40,359 bases of DNA from NCBI GenBank assembly GCA_043801885.1, contig JAZDLP010000323.1, positions 1-40,359 of the forward strand, written 5' to 3'. The stretch comes from Planctomycetota bacterium (GTDB taxonomy: Bacteria; Planctomycetota; SZUA-567; H5-PLA8). Shown one piece after another: positions 9,041 to 17,789 of the stretch; position 1 is the first letter of the stretch; each line of letters begins with the position of its first letter. Made by a program: the position numbers and the translations under genes. The notes beneath the pieces were generated by a model that was not told where the DNA came from, searched no databases, and saw only the letters and a list, made by a program, of their open reading frames with translations.

Positions 9041-9645
9041 CCTTTCTTCGTGGCGCGCTTTTGCTTGCCTGTACTGTGTTTTAACAAACCATAAAGAAAA
9101 ACATTAAGAATCAATCGGGTCATTTGTTTGGGAGACTGGCGCGGGTCGCCAAAGCGCACGCTGCTGCGGATCATGCCCAACAGCATGTCCGCTGTAGCTT
9201 TGGGCTTCACGTGGCGGAACGATCCTTCCGCCTGTCCTTCGCGCAATACGCCCGCGAACAGCGCCACCGCTTCCGCGCGTTGCGCCAGAAATGCGGCTCG
9301 CTTGGACATGCAAGCGCCACTCCATTCTCGCTGAATAATTTGGAAAAAATCGCGTTGGCCGCTGAAATGTTCGGCCACGCCTTTTACCATAGTTGTCAGT
9401 CGTGATCGAGCGCTGGCGCGAGTTCGCGCGATGGTTCGCAAAGTTCGCGTTAATTTGCCAACCGACTCCAGGCAAACATCCGCGTATAATTGTTCTTTAG
9501 TGCGGTAGAAGCGATAGATGCTGCCCTTGGCGATGCCGACGCTCAAAGCCACATCCTCCATTCGCACTTCGTGAAAAGACCGCCGACCGAATAGCCGCGC
9601 CGCAGTTTTGAGAATGACCGGCCGATGGTTAATGGCGATTCGCAA
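9031..9645 (-). CDS. TetR/AcrR family transcriptional regulator
   Basis: ILKTAARLF..RSFHEVRMEDVA..VGIAKGSIYRFYRTKEQL HTH; first gene of the efflux operon; TTG start. Confidence 0.92.
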   Translation of the reverse strand: MRIAINHRPVILKTAARLFGRRSFHEVRMEDVALSVGIAKGSIYRFYRTKEQLYADVCLESVGKLTRTLRTIARTRASARSRLTTMVKGVAEHFSGQRDFFQIIQREWSGACMSKRAAFLAQRAEAVALFAGVLREGQAEGSFRHVKPKATADMLLGMIRSSVRFGDPRQSPKQMTRLILNVFLYGLLKHSTGKQKRATKKGNH

Positions 9646-9660
9646 GTATCGTCCTTTTCG

Positions 9661-9710
9661 TAAATGACTAGCTGGTCATTTATAAATACTCCCGCTTCTG
9701 AAAATGTCAA
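9661..9710 (-). promoter_or_regulatory. Sigma70-type promoter with a probable TetR operator for the efflux operon
   Basis: TTGACA on - at 9710-9705, an AT-rich -10 near 9688-9682, and the palindrome TAAATGACtAGCTgGTCATTTA (9661-9682, 20/22 symmetric) just upstream of tetR. Confidence 0.7.
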
Positions 9711-10037
9711 ACCTATTTGACTCAACGTGGCTTCGGGTAAAGATACTCCAAACCAATCAGACGCAACAAGCGCCGGACTCGCTTGTGGTTCACCCTTTCG
9801 CCCTGCTGACGCAGCCAGACCGTCATCCGCAATATCCCATAAAAGGGTGTGCGTGTGTATTGCTTGTCCAGTTTTTTTTTGGCACATTATAATAAAGGGA
9901 AAATTGAAGATTGCTATTAGTCAAGAAACTGCTAGATTATAAAAATTATTGCATATTGCCGTTGAAGGCGGTCTATTTTGTTTTAGCAATATACATGTGG
10001 GCGGGACGTTTTTACGACGACGGATGAGGAGATCAGA

Positions 10038-10223
10038 ATGGCCAGTATTCGTTGGAAGGCCAAGTGCCAGAAGAAGGCGAAATTTTCGACGCGACGATAC
10101 AACCGATGCGAATTGTGCGGACGTTCGCGCGGATATTATCGCAAGTTTAAGGTTTGTCGTCTCTGTTTCCGAATGCTCGCGCACAAAGGCGAGATCCCGG
10201 GAGTGAAGAAATCGAGCTGGTAG
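10038..10223 (+). CDS. rpsN: 30S ribosomal protein S14, zinc-binding type Z
   Basis: [26 protein letters not shown]...[11 protein letters not shown]; RBS GAGGAG upstream. Confidence 0.98.
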   Translation: MASIRWKAKCQKKAKFSTRRYNRCELCGRSRGYYRKFKVCRLCFRMLAHKGEIPGVKKSSW

Positions 10224-10369
10224 CGTCGTGCGACGACGGAAATTGAAAGAGCTTTAAATTATTTTGCGCACGGGTCAGAGACATGGGCGTCCCGCTCGTG
10301 ATGTTCTGGGCAAGATGCCTATGATACAAAAGACGGAATTTCAACCGTGCGGAGTATAAAAGGAGAACT

Positions 10370-10777
10370 ATGCCTGTTACTGATCCGATTGCCGATTTAC
10401 TGACTCGTGTGCGCAATGCCGTCCATTTACGACGAGAGACTGTGTTGGCGCGTAGTTCTAAAATTGTGATCTCGATCATTGAGGCGTTGCAACGCGAAGG
10501 TTTTATTCATCAGTTTGAGATTGTGCCAAATGTCAAAACGCCCGCTCAAAATGACATCAAGATATTCCTGAAGTATGGTCGTTCGGGTGAACTGGTGATC
10601 AATTATATTGCGCGGGTTAGCAAGCCAGGGCGTCGCATTTATGCTCAGAAGGAACACATCAAATCTATTCAGCGCGGGTTAGGCTGTCTGGTTCTGACTA
10701 CTTCCAAAGGTGTGCTCTCCGACCGGGAAGCGCGCGAGGTCAACGTGGGTGGTGAAGTACTGGTAAAAGTGTACTAA
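10370..10777 (+). CDS. rpsH: 30S ribosomal protein S8
   Basis: TDPIADLLTRVRNA, RVSKPGRRIY, TTSKGVLSDREAR..NVGGEVL; RBS AAGGAG. Confidence 0.98.
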   Translation: MPVTDPIADLLTRVRNAVHLRRETVLARSSKIVISIIEALQREGFIHQFEIVPNVKTPAQNDIKIFLKYGRSGELVINYIARVSKPGRRIYAQKEHIKSIQRGLGCLVLTTSKGVLSDREAREVNVGGEVLVKVY

Positions 10778-10828
10778 ATATCTGGCGTGTCCGTGTCGGA
10801 CGCGCGGCGATGGAATGCGGAGTAAGTT

Positions 10829-11395
10829 ATGTCGCGCATTGGTAAAAAACCGATCAGTCTGCCAACCGGGGTGGACGTTAAAGTGGATGGTCAAAAAGTA
10901 TTAGTCAAAGGCCCAAAAGGTTCGTTGACTCAGACGCTCACCGGCGCCATTTCCGTCGAAGTAGACGCCGACGTCAGGGAAGTGCGTGTCAAACGCAATA
11001 GCGACCTACGCGCTGACCGAGCCAAGCACGGTTTGTACCGCGCGCTTATCGCTAACATGATCGAAGGCGTGATCAAGGGCTATGCCAAGTCGTTGGAAAT
11101 TCAGGGCGTTGGCTATCGTGCGCAGTTGCAGGCTAATCGGCTGATGTTGTTTGTTGGTTACAACAACAAGGTTCCGCAGATATACAACATTCCGAATGGA
11201 GTGACGATCACCTGTCCGACACCGACGCAGATCAATATCGTTGGAATTGATAAGCAATTAGTGGGGTTGGTAGCGTCGACTATTCGAGCTATTCGCGTCC
11301 CCGATGTCTACAAGGGCAAGGGTATTCGATATCAGGGCGAAGTAGTGCGCAAGCTGCCGGGTAAGACCGTGACGGCGACAGGCGCAACGGCATAG
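10829..11395 (+). CDS. rplF: 50S ribosomal protein L6
   Basis: MSRIGKKPI, VKGPKGSL, GVGYRA, PDVYKGKGIRY. Confidence 0.98.
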   Translation: MSRIGKKPISLPTGVDVKVDGQKVLVKGPKGSLTQTLTGAISVEVDADVREVRVKRNSDLRADRAKHGLYRALIANMIEGVIKGYAKSLEIQGVGYRAQLQANRLMLFVGYNNKVPQIYNIPNGVTITCPTPTQINIVGIDKQLVGLVASTIRAIRVPDVYKGKGIRYQGEVVRKLPGKTVTATGATA

Positions 11396-11399
11396 CGCA

Positions 11400-11450
11400 G
11401 TGGTGTATCAGGATAGTTACGGGAACGTAGTTACTGTTACACCACTTAAT
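11400..11450 (+). terminator. Long hairpin after rplF (probable terminator or 3' stabiliser)
   Basis: gtggtgta..cag..tagttacg GGAA cgtagtta ctg..tacaccac, with only a weak U tract. Confidence 0.5.
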
Positions 11451-11513
11451 CCTTTGCTTGCCACATTTTTGATTTTTCATAGACAACTTGCCTTGCTCGT
11501 TCACAATATAAAC

Positions 11514-13448
11514 ATGTGCGGGTTTACGGGTTTATTGCGCTGGGCATCATTGACTCCGAAAGAGACTAATGATGTTCGCGTTGCAGCGGACGTGTTGGCG
11601 CATCGTGGGCCGGACAACTCCGGTTTCTGGCGCGATGCTCGCGTAGCGCTCGGTTTTCGCCGCCTGAAGGTGATTGATCTTTCGCCCACGGGCGACCAGC
11701 CCATGGGCAACGAAGACGGTTCAGTGCAGGTGGTCTTCAACGGCGAAATCTACAACTTCCGCGAATTGCGCGATGATTTGCGCGCGCAAGGCCACACATT
11801 CAAAAGCCAGTCCGATACGGAAGTGCTGCCGCATCTGTATGAACAATATGGCGAAGCTTTATTGCCGCGGCTGCGCGGCATGTTCGCTTTCGCGTTGTGG
11901 GATACGAAGAAACAGCGGTTGTTGCTGGCGCGCGATCCGCTGGGCGTCAAGCCGCTTTATTTTGCTGAACGCGCGGGCGCCGTCGCGTTTGCCAGCGAAG
12001 CCAAAGCTCTGTTTGCGCTGGGCGTCAAACCTGAACTAGACGTCGTGGCGCTCGACGAAGCTTTGACCTATCGCTACGTGCCGGCGCCACGGAGCGGTTT
12101 TAAGAACGTCGAGAAACTGCCGCCAGGCAGTGTCGCTATTGCGGAGAACGGAACGCTGCGTTACCAACGATGGTGGACGTGGCCGTCCGGCGTGGATGTA
12201 GGGGCGGTTCGCGAACCGCCCGCCAACGCGAATGCGGAACCGTTGACGCATATCGAGAACGCGGTGCGGCGACGCCTGGTTTCAGATGTGCCTTTGGGCG
12301 CGTGGCTTTCCGGCGGAATTGATTCGGGGTTAATCGTTTCGCGCATGATCCATGAAGTCCAGTCCTTCACGGCTGGGTTTGCGCAATCCGAATACGACGA
12401 ACGAACATTGGCGCGCGCGACGGCGCAACGCTTAAAAACGAAGCTCTTCGAATTCGAAATCTCCGCGGATGTTTTTCAGTTGCTGCCGCAGATCGTCTGG
12501 CATGGCGACGAGCCGTTCTTCGATAGCTCTTGCCTGCCCACATTTGTTCTCGCCAAAGAGACCAAGCCGTATGCGACGGTCGTGCTCAGCGGCGACGGTG
12601 GCGATGAGGCCTTTGCCGGTTATGATCGCTACGTTGGTATGCAGTGGCTGGCGCGCTACAGAAGAATACCGAGCGTTCTCAGATCGCCAGCGTTGGGTCT
12701 GGCGCGTTGGTGGCGCTCGACAGCTTCGCGTCAGAGCTGGGGTCGCAGTGCGTGCTGGCTGGACAACTGCCTGGCGATGGAGCGGGCCGGATATCATCCC
12801 TACCTTGCGGCGATGGAATTATTCAGCGCAGAACAGAAGAGATCGCTGTACGGAGACAGAATGTTGGAATCCACTATTGAATGCGATGCTCGCGAATATC
12901 TCGAAACCGCGTTGTTGCGCGCGCGGGAAGCGTCGGGAGCCGCTACGACCACTGCGCCGAGTGTGTTGCAACGAACGGACTTGGAGACCTATTTGCCCGG
13001 TGATGTGCTCCACAAAGTGGATCGTATGTCCATGGCGCATGGCCTAGAGATTCGTTCGCCGTTTCTGGATACGGATCTGGTGATGTTCGCGCTCTCGCTG
13101 TCCGACGCGACGCGCTTGCCTGGCCGCAAGACCAAACCGCTGCTGCGCGCGGCGGCTCGGCGTTTTCTACCGCCGGAAGTGGTAAATGCGCGCAAGCACG
13201 GCTTCGGTGTGCCGTTGGACGATTGGTTCCGCGGTCCGATTCAGAAAATCGCGTTGGCGATTTTTGAAGAATCGGCGTTGGTCGCTGATCAACTTTTCAA
13301 ACCGCGGTACTGGAACGATCTGTGGCTGGCGCATCAGCGCGGCCAAGCGCAACATGGCGAGCGTTTGTACGCGCTGTTGGCGCTGGAACTGTGGCATCGT
13401 ATTTTCATCTCCGGAGCTGCGCCGCTAACCAGACCGGCCAGGCTATAA
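11514..13448 (+). CDS. asnB: Asparagine synthase (glutamine-hydrolysing) family amidotransferase
   Basis: True start at MCG (Ntn Cys nucleophile) rather than 11400; HRGPD, FNGEIYNF, SDTEV, ARDPLGVKPL, LSGGIDS, SGDGGDE, KVDRMSMAHGLEIRSPFLD. Confidence 0.95.
   Translation: MCGFTGLLRWASLTPKETNDVRVAADVLAHRGPDNSGFWRDARVALGFRRLKVIDLSPTGDQPMGNEDGSVQVVFNGEIYNFRELRDDLRAQGHTFKSQSDTEVLPHLYEQYGEALLPRLRGMFAFALWDTKKQRLLLARDPLGVKPLYFAERAGAVAFASEAKALFALGVKPELDVVALDEALTYRYVPAPRSGFKNVEKLPPGSVAIAENGTLRYQRWWTWPSGVDVGAVREPPANANAEPLTHIENAVRRRLVSDVPLGAWLSGGIDSGLIVSRMIHEVQSFTAGFAQSEYDERTLARATAQRLKTKLFEFEISADVFQLLPQIVWHGDEPFFDSSCLPTFVLAKETKPYATVVLSGDGGDEAFAGYDRYVGMQWLARYRRIPSVLRSPALGLARWWRSTASRQSWGRSACWLDNCLAMERAGYHPYLAAMELFSAEQKRSLYGDRMLESTIECDAREYLETALLRAREASGAATTTAPSVLQRTDLETYLPGDVLHKVDRMSMAHGLEIRSPFLDTDLVMFALSLSDATRLPGRKTKPLLRAAARRFLPPEVVNARKHGFGVPLDDWFRGPIQKIALAIFEESALVADQLFKPRYWNDLWLAHQRGQAQHGERLYALLALELWHRIFISGAAPLTRPARL
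12198..12221 (+). repeat. GTAG-type REP palindrome inside the asnB reading frame
   Basis: GTAGGGGCGGTTCGCGAACCGCCC, identical to intergenic 16037-16060; translated as VGAVREPP. Confidence 0.9.
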
Positions 13449-13481
13449 ATGAGAATTTTAGATCAGTCCCTTCAAGCAATA

Positions 13482-13586
13482 AACCGCTAATAAACGCGAA
13501 TGAACGCGAATCACAGAAGAAAAAATTATTAGCGTCTATTCGCGTGTATTCGCGGCTAATAAGGTGAAAATAGACTGACCGGTTAC
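13482..13586. repeat. Inverted pair of 10-mer tandem arrays (empty cassette shell) plus a family D MITE end
   Basis: aaccgctaat aaacgcgaat gaacgcgaat ... attagcgtct attcgcgtgt attcgcggct, then aaaatagactgaccggttac (13567-13586). Confidence 0.75.
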
Positions 13587-13599
13587 AAGGAAAGAAGAG

Positions 13600-14460
13600 A
13601 TGCCAGAGCCAATCGTCATTACTACCGCCGCGGAGATGCAGGCGCGTTCACGCGAAATCTTGAGGTCAGGGAAGAGTGTTGGGTTTGTTCCGACTATGGG
13701 CGCGTTGCACGCGGGACATCGGACACTGATTGATCGCGCGCGCCGCGAGAACGATATTGTGGTCGTCTCAATTTATGTAAATCCGACGCAGTTCGGTCCG
13801 GATGAAGATTTGGAAAATTATCCGCGCGCTTTAGATGCGGACAAAAAAATCTGCGCTGCCGCCGACGTGGATTACATCTTTGCGCCCGTGACGCTTTACG
13901 ATCAAGACGCGCGCGCTTTTGTGCTGGTGGGCGAACTGACTGATGCGCTCGAAGGCATCTCTCGACCCGGTCATTTCCGTGGTGTGGCCACGGTAGTGAC
14001 GAAACTCCTTTGTATCGTTCGTCCTGATCGCGCCTACTTTGGGCGGAAAGACGCGCAGCAATTAATTATTATCCAAAGATTGGTCCATGATCTTAATCTT
14101 GGCTGTGAAGTCGTGCCGTGCGAGATCGCACGCGAGCCGGACGGGCTGGCGTTAAGCAGTCGCAATCGCTATCTCTCCGCTTCCGAGCGCCACCAGGCGC
14201 TGGCGCTATTCAAGGCTCTGAATTACTGCCGCGACCAAGTCGAACGCGGAGCGCGTGATGCGATGAATCTGCTGCAAGGAATGACGGAGATTCTGGAGCG
14301 GGAGATGGATATCGAGATTGACTACGTAGCGATCGTTGACGCGCACACGTTGCAGGATCTGAAAACATTGAGCGGCGATGTGTTGGTGGCTCTGGCCGTC
14401 AAGGTCGGCGCGACGCGCCTGATTGACAACACGCGTTTCGAAGGCCTGACGCAAGAGTGA
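13600..14460 (+). CDS. panC: Pantoate--beta-alanine ligase
   Basis: GFVPTMGALHAGH, SIYVNPTQFGPDED..YPR, SRPGHFRGV, FGRKDAQQ, GLALSSRN, RLIDN. Confidence 0.97.
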   Translation: MPEPIVITTAAEMQARSREILRSGKSVGFVPTMGALHAGHRTLIDRARRENDIVVVSIYVNPTQFGPDEDLENYPRALDADKKICAAADVDYIFAPVTLYDQDARAFVLVGELTDALEGISRPGHFRGVATVVTKLLCIVRPDRAYFGRKDAQQLIIIQRLVHDLNLGCEVVPCEIAREPDGLALSSRNRYLSASERHQALALFKALNYCRDQVERGARDAMNLLQGMTEILEREMDIEIDYVAIVDAHTLQDLKTLSGDVLVALAVKVGATRLIDNTRFEGLTQE

Positions 14461-14523
14461 GCCTTCTTAAGAATATGCCGATAAAAATGATATTGTGCGC
14501 ATTTTTTTGTTTCGGGAGAAATT

Positions 14524-15423
14524 GTGAAATTTCAGCAGTTTGCTTTTTCAACGAATGCTTACAGTCGGTTTTCGCTGGATAAAGCGTTGCGGCGCATTGC
14601 TCAGATCGGCTTCAAAGGCGTTGAAATTCTTGCCGACAAGCCGCACGCCTGGCTGGATGGTTTTACACCACGCAATGTTGCTCGTCTGGAACGGCAACTG
14701 CAACGGCTTGATCTGTTCGTCTCCAACATCAACGCTAATTGCGCTTCCGGATTCTGGAGCGATGCGCCGTCCGAACCATTTTTCGAGCCTTCATTAATTG
14801 CTCGCGACAAAACATTGCGCGAGTGGCGCATCGCCTACACTAAAAAAGCGCTGCGTCTCGGCAAAACGCTCGGCGCCTGTAACGTCTCCATTACTTCCGG
14901 TAAAGCGCTGAACGGCGTGCCGCCGGAGAAAGCTCAAAAACTTCTGGAAGAAGGCTTGGCGCGCCTGTTGGAGGAGGCGCATCGTGTGCAGCAGCGACTA
15001 TCACTGGAATACGAGCCAGCGCTCTTCATTGAAAAAACAGAAGAAATGAAGACGTTGCTGGAAAAGATGAATTCGCCTTATCTCGGCGTTAATCTTGATC
15101 TCGGCCATGTGGCGGTAACCGGCGAAGATCCATGCCACGCTATCCGCGCATTAAAAGGCCGTATCTTTAATTTGCACTTGGAAGATATTCGCGCCGGCAA
15201 ACACTATCATCGCATCCCAGGCGAAGGCGATCTGGATTTTCGAGCCATTTTTAAACAATTAGATGTAATCGGCTATACCGGACCGCTGACTTGGGAGTTG
15301 TACACTTATGACGAAACACCGGATATGGCTTGCGCCCGCACATTAAATTTTGTAAAGACCGTAGCGCAGGCGTCCTCACCTGCAACCCAACCATCAAAAT
15401 CTTTGCGTTATGCAAAAATATAG
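14524..15423 (+). CDS. Sugar-phosphate isomerase/epimerase (xylose-isomerase-like TIM barrel)
   Basis: GFKGVEI, LEYEP, NLDLGH, HLED, HRIPGEGDLDF, GYTGPLTWELY metal-binding pattern. Confidence 0.85.
   Translation: MKFQQFAFSTNAYSRFSLDKALRRIAQIGFKGVEILADKPHAWLDGFTPRNVARLERQLQRLDLFVSNINANCASGFWSDAPSEPFFEPSLIARDKTLREWRIAYTKKALRLGKTLGACNVSITSGKALNGVPPEKAQKLLEEGLARLLEEAHRVQQRLSLEYEPALFIEKTEEMKTLLEKMNSPYLGVNLDLGHVAVTGEDPCHAIRALKGRIFNLHLEDIRAGKHYHRIPGEGDLDFRAIFKQLDVIGYTGPLTWELYTYDETPDMACARTLNFVKTVAQASSPATQPSKSLRYAKI
15361..15384 (+). repeat. REP (GTAGCGCAGGCGTCC-type) read through in the TIM-barrel gene C-terminus
   Basis: gtagcgcaggcgtcctcacctgca, 23/24 identical to 38112-38135; encodes VAQASSPA. 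Confidence 0.85.
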
Positions 15424-15455
15424 AACTGCCCACTCTTTAGAGCACTAGGGCGTGA

Positions 15456-15953
15456 TTAGCTCTCTTTGTCTTTGTCTTTGTTCTTGTTTTTGTCCTTCTC
15501 CGTGTCTTTCTCCGTGTCCTTTTCCTTTTCTTTCTTCTTTTCTTTATCTTCTTTGTCCTTGTCTTTTTCCTTTTTATCTTTTTTATCCTTGTCCTTGCTT
15601 ATATTGAGCAATTTCCAATCGTCGTCCAGTTTTTCGAGCTTCATTACGTAAAGAGTATCTTTCTCCAGCTTCTTCAGCACGGCTTTGCTATCATCATCCA
15701 AATCGTTCCAAACGACCTTGATATCGAATTTGTCATCAGTGTCACCCTTGCGGTGACCATTAATTTTGCGTACTCGGTCCTTTTCATCTTCATCCCTGAC
15801 GATCTTATCGGGAACGATCTTCAGCTCAATGTTCGAGCCCACTTTGATTTTGGTGCCGTGGATATGTATCGGTCCAATGTCAATTCCAAACGCGAATGCC
15901 GTTCCACTGAAAAAAAACGCGCATGTCAATAATTGCGGTAAAATCTTACGCAT
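15456..15953 (-). CDS. Secreted hypothetical protein with a Lys/Asp/Glu low-complexity tail
   Basis: Signal peptide ending AFA; small globular region; KDKDKKDKKEK... tail of about 45 aa. Confidence 0.75.
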   Translation of the reverse strand: MRKILPQLLTCAFFFSGTAFAFGIDIGPIHIHGTKIKVGSNIELKIVPDKIVRDEDEKDRVRKINGHRKGDTDDKFDIKVVWNDLDDDSKAVLKKLEKDTLYVMKLEKLDDDWKLLNISKDKDKKDKKEKDKDKEDKEKKKEKEKDTEKDTEKDKNKNKDKDKES

Positions 15954-16036
15954 AGAATATCACTCCGTAGTCCGTTTGAAACTCGACGCACGATACTAAC
16001 AATACTAATTTTATCGGCACGCGAAGAAAAACGCAA

Positions 16037-16060
16037 GTAGGGGCGGTTCGCGAACCGCCC
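16037..16060 (+). repeat. GTAG-type REP palindrome
   Basis: GTAG + GGGCGGTTCG/CGAACCGCCC perfect palindrome. Confidence 0.9.
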
Positions 16061-16079
16061 CGACGAACTTTGAATATTT

Positions 16080-16192
16080 GTAACCGTTCACCATAGAGCC
16101 ACAGAGGACACAGAGGTACGCAGAGATGAATAGAAACTTAAAAATCAAAATTCTCTGTGTCCTCTGTGGCTAAAAATAGACTGAACGGTTGC
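16080..16192. mobile_element. Complete 113-bp MITE (family D), IS66-like ends
   Basis: TIR GTAACCGTTCA / TGAACGGTTGC with an 8-bp direct target duplication GAATATTT (16072-16079, 16193-16200); internal inverted 9-mer CACAGAG(G/A)A arrays. Confidence 0.85.
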
Positions 16193-16253
16193 GAATATTT
16201 TCTTGACGCGCAAACCTGTAGATGCTATTGCCTTCTATGATTGGAGACTCGCC

Positions 16254-17753
16254 ATAAGTTACCTACTGGGATATGACATCGGAAGTTCCTCCATAAAAGC
16301 GTCTCTTGTCGAGAGCCTTACAGGCAGTCTCGTGGCATCCTCAATCTCACCGAAGATCGAAATGGGGATGATCGTCAGGAAGCCGGGCTGGGCGGAACAA
16401 GAACCTCGAACTTGGTGGAAGAACGTCGTCATTGCCACAGCGGAGATCAGGGCTAAATCGGGCGTCAATCCCTCTGATATCGCCGCCATAGGCATATCCT
16501 ACCAGATGCACGGTCTCGTGCTTGTCAATAAAAAAAGAGAAGTGCTTCGACCCGCTATTATATGGTGTGACGGCAGAGCCGTCGGTATAGGAGAGAAGGC
16601 GGCGCAAAAGATAGGCAGGAAGAAATGCCTTAAAACCATTCTGAATTATCCCGGCAATTTCACGGCCTCAAAACTTCGCTGGGTGATGGAGAACGAACCC
16701 GGCATATACAGAAAAGTTTTCAAGTTCATGCTTCCCGGAGAATATATCGCCATGCTTATGACGGGCGAAATAACGACGACGGTTCCGGGTCTATCGGAGG
16801 AAATGCTCTGGGATTATGAAAAAGGTTGCCCCGCTTCCATTCTGCTGGACGCGTATAAGATCGCCAAAGAACTCATCCCAGAAGTCAGGCCAACGTTCTC
16901 GCAACAGGGCGAACTTGCCGATAATGCGGCAGAGGAACTCGGTTTGAAACTTGGAACGCCGGTTACTTACAGAGCCGGAGACCAGCCAAACAATGCGCTC
17001 TCTCTGAGCGTCACGGAGCCCGGAGAAGTGGCGGCGACCGCCGGGACTTCGGGAGTTGTTTTCGGAATCACCGACAAAAAAATCTGCGATGTGAAGACCC
17101 GTATAAACACATTTGTTCATGTGAGCCACACGGAAAAGAAACCGCGATACGGTGCCATGGTCTGCATCAATGGAACGGGCATACTGAATAGTTGGCTCAA
17201 GCGCAATGTTGCCATCGGGACGAGTTATGACGAAATGAACAGGGAAGCCTCTGCCGTTGCGCCAGGTTCTGAGGGACTGTCGGTCCTGCCCTACGGCAAC
17301 GGAGCGGAGAGGACACTTCAGAACCACGATCCGGGCTGTTCTCTGCATGGTCTCAATTTCAACATCCACGGACGAGGTCACCTGTTCCGAGCGGCCCAGG
17401 AAGGCATCGTCTTTGCCATGCGCTATGGTCTCAATGTGATGGAATCTCTCGGCATGAAAATAGAAACTGTCAGGGCCGGCAATACTAACATGTTCTTGAG
17501 CCCCGTTTTCAGAGAGGCATTTGTCAACACGACCAGCACACTCCTCGAAATATACGAGACGGACGGCAGTCGCGGAGCTGCCCTAGGGGCGGGGATAGGC
17601 GCGGGTATATACAGAAACTACAAAGAAGCTTTCTCCGGCCTTAAGAGGATCACCACCATCGAACCAGATAGAAAACTTTCGGAAAAGTATCGTGAAGTCT
17701 ATTCGCTTTGGAACGATATCTTAAACAGGTCAGCGGGCCGCCCGTGCATTTGA
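16254..17753 (+). CDS. xylB: Xylulokinase (FGGY family); the expected start codon reads ATA
   Basis: YLLGYDIGSSSIKASL, GWAEQ, IGISYQMHGLV, IIWCDGR, NFTASKLRWV, RAGDQPNNA, AGTSG, PYGNGAER. GGAG lies 7 nt upstream of ATA 16254. Confidence 0.8.
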   Translation: MSYLLGYDIGSSSIKASLVESLTGSLVASSISPKIEMGMIVRKPGWAEQEPRTWWKNVVIATAEIRAKSGVNPSDIAAIGISYQMHGLVLVNKKREVLRPAIIWCDGRAVGIGEKAAQKIGRKKCLKTILNYPGNFTASKLRWVMENEPGIYRKVFKFMLPGEYIAMLMTGEITTTVPGLSEEMLWDYEKGCPASILLDAYKIAKELIPEVRPTFSQQGELADNAAEELGLKLGTPVTYRAGDQPNNALSLSVTEPGEVAATAGTSGVVFGITDKKICDVKTRINTFVHVSHTEKKPRYGAMVCINGTGILNSWLKRNVAIGTSYDEMNREASAVAPGSEGLSVLPYGNGAERTLQNHDPGCSLHGLNFNIHGRGHLFRAAQEGIVFAMRYGLNVMESLGMKIETVRAGNTNMFLSPVFREAFVNTTSTLLEIYETDGSRGAALGAGIGAGIYRNYKEAFSGLKRITTIEPDRKLSEKYREVYSLWNDILNRSAGRPCI

Positions 17754-17789
17754 CCCGCGCGCAGTATAGTTGCACGAAGGAGAAGATTC

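Noticed and set aside
10038-10223. Zinc-independent alternative S14
   Set aside because: All four cysteines (CELC, CRLC) are present.
11400-11513. N-terminal extension of AsnB in the ORF track
   Set aside because: Ntn amidotransferases need Cys at position 2 (MCG at 11514); the extension covers the rplF downstream hairpin.
14524-17753. Xylose utilisation operon (TIM barrel as XylA plus xylB)
   Set aside because: The 299-aa TIM barrel lacks recognisable XylA motifs and length, and is separated from xylB by an opposite-strand gene, a REP and a MITE.
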